This document shows positions 62,401 through 64,000 of a stretch of DNA of 64,000 nucleotides, piece after piece; the first letter of the stretch is position 1; every line of letters starts with the position of its first letter. The position numbers and the translations under genes are program-made. The notes under the pieces were generated by a model. That model was not told the DNA's origin. It saw only the letters and a program-made list of their open reading frames with translations, and did not search any database. Source of the DNA: Selaginella moellendorffii (lineage: Eukaryota > Plantae > Lycopodiophyta); assembly GCF_000143415.4 (NCBI RefSeq), contig NW_003314437.1:1-64000 (forward strand). The letters are read 5' to 3'.

Positions 62401-64000
62401 GGCAACGAAAAGATGATAGGTAATGCCTCGCGGTTATGGCGTGTGTGCTCATGCCATTCATTGCAGATCAAGGGCTGAGTGAAAGGAGCCAGTCACCACC
62501 TCCTGACTCAGATTCCTATGGCGGACTCCCCTTCCCCAATCTCAATGGAGAGGTACAATGGATGAGGGATGCTTTTCAAGTCAGGGCCACGTTTTTCTCA
62601 TCTCGTCGTCTTCGAAGGGTGCAAGAACGTGCAGAAACCATGTTAAGACAGTCGGGTGAGGATACGGTCCTAGGTCAAGCACTAAAACAGGCTATAGATG
62701 TCTTGTATTTTGAGATGGAGACTCGGCCAGATGATTTTCCCAAGATGGTCCTGGAAGAACAAGCCATCCAGCCTGAGCAGCCTATAGAAGAAATGTAGGA
62801 GGGGGATGAAGAGCCAGAGAAAGATAATGAGCAGGAAGAGCAGAAGGACGAAGAGGAGGACAAAGAAGAGGACGAAGAAGAGGAGGACGAAGAGGACTTG
62901 GATGGTCCTCACAATGGTGACGATCACAATAACGACGATGACGATGATGACGACGATGGCCAGCCTGAGGTGGCCAAAGAGCAGCGGAGGAAGGTCATAC
63001 AAGACAAACCATCAGGTAAATAATAGTACATCCATTCCTAACCTTTTACCATTTCTAACATTGTCCATGTAGGTCGCAGAAGAAATGGTAAGTAGAGATT
63101 ATTTAGTTGAATTAAGATACAAACTTTAGCCTTTAGTGTCGAGGAAGGATAGTGCCAAGCAAGGGTCGAAACGTATGTCCAATCCTTCGGAATCAGCAGT
63201 GCGCCCAAGTGATATCGGTCCTAGTTCCTCAATAGCAGTTGATGGTAAATATAGTATAGTCGATTCAATGTGCTAATGAGTTTGTTTTTAGTAGCCAGTA
63301 GGGAGGATACCATCTCAATCGAAGGGAGATATTTGGACATGCATATGGATCCGCCAGTGGACTCTACTTGCCTGCAAGAGTCATCAGAGCTGGTGGAGGC
63401 TACTATCCATATCAACGCCAAGCAAGCTGACCACGCTCCACTTGATGCTGCCCATACCACTGAGTCAATCTTGTCCACGTATCCAACTGACGGTGACCAG
63501 GCGCCATTGGACCCGCATGAGGCCGCCCCAGCCGCCGAGCCGGTCGTATCCTCATTTCCAACGGACTCAACGTGTGCCCAATCGTCTGACTACGCGCCGT
63601 TGGAACCTCCCTACACCGCCCTTGCTGCCTGTTCGGTCATGTCCACTTTGCCAATGGAGGCACCAGCTGAAATGGCGTGTGATCACACGCCATCGGAACC
63701 ACCCCATGCCACTGTTGAGCCAGTTGTACCAGAGTCTACAGCTGAAATGGCATGTGCCCACACGCCATCGGATGCGATTGACCCCACATTGCAGAGGAGA
63801 GTATTTCCGCCCTTCACGTTTCCTCGACCAAAACCCTCTGAACGACCATCAGGAGCACCATTCGCTAATATTGTAGATGGTAAAATTGACTTGTACCATT
63901 TTTCATGCTGACGCATTTCATTTCAGAGTCACAGCGAAAGTACTGTATCGTTTTTGATCTGAACGGTGTCCTTTTCTCCCATGAGCGTGGCTCGTCCTCG
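59414..64000 (+). pseudogene. Cargo gene copy 2 (ParB-like ... FCP1-like), truncated by window end
   Basis: The 591-aa ORF differs from copy 1 at about 15 residues. Same TAG at 61187-61189; extra TAG at 62796-62798; DLNGVL exon starts at ~63927. Confidence 0.7.

Larger units (their letters stand above)
52418..64000. mobile_element. Large TIR DNA transposon, copy 2 (runs off window end)
   Basis: Same left TIR (52418-52441). Colinear with 28966-42770 except that it lacks the solo LTR and has a 404-bp deletion. Confidence 0.92.

Overview
Eukaryotic land-plant DNA. Evidence: ~50-nt GT-AG introns, TTTAGGG repeats, plant-type gene fragments. The compact introns suggest a lycophyte such as Selaginella (inference). 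The window is almost entirely a transposon nest with several N gaps. 1-16.6 kb: Helitron field (three hairpin+CTAG 3' ends, a RepHel remnant) plus juxtaposed kelch, amidohydrolase and kinase pseudogene fragments. 16.7-28.9 kb and 44-52.4 kb: degenerate LTR retroelements. The main object is a ~15-kb TIR DNA transposon present twice (28966-44064, complete with 24-bp TIRs; 52418 to beyond 64000). It carries (i) a ~1020-aa Sola-like DDD transposase and (ii) a divergent multi-exon cargo gene with a ParB/Srx (DGQHR-like) domain, a possible degenerate DNA-methyltransferase-like segment and a C-terminal FCP1/NIF-type HAD phosphatase domain. The whole element is seeded with >20 copies of a 22-bp palindrome, ATGGCRTG-N6-CAYGCCAT, in introns, intergenic DNA and coding sequence. 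I did not see this motif in the flanking DNA. The arrangement suggests a self-recognising ParB/parS-like or VANC-like anti-silencing system carried by a plant transposon (hypothesis).
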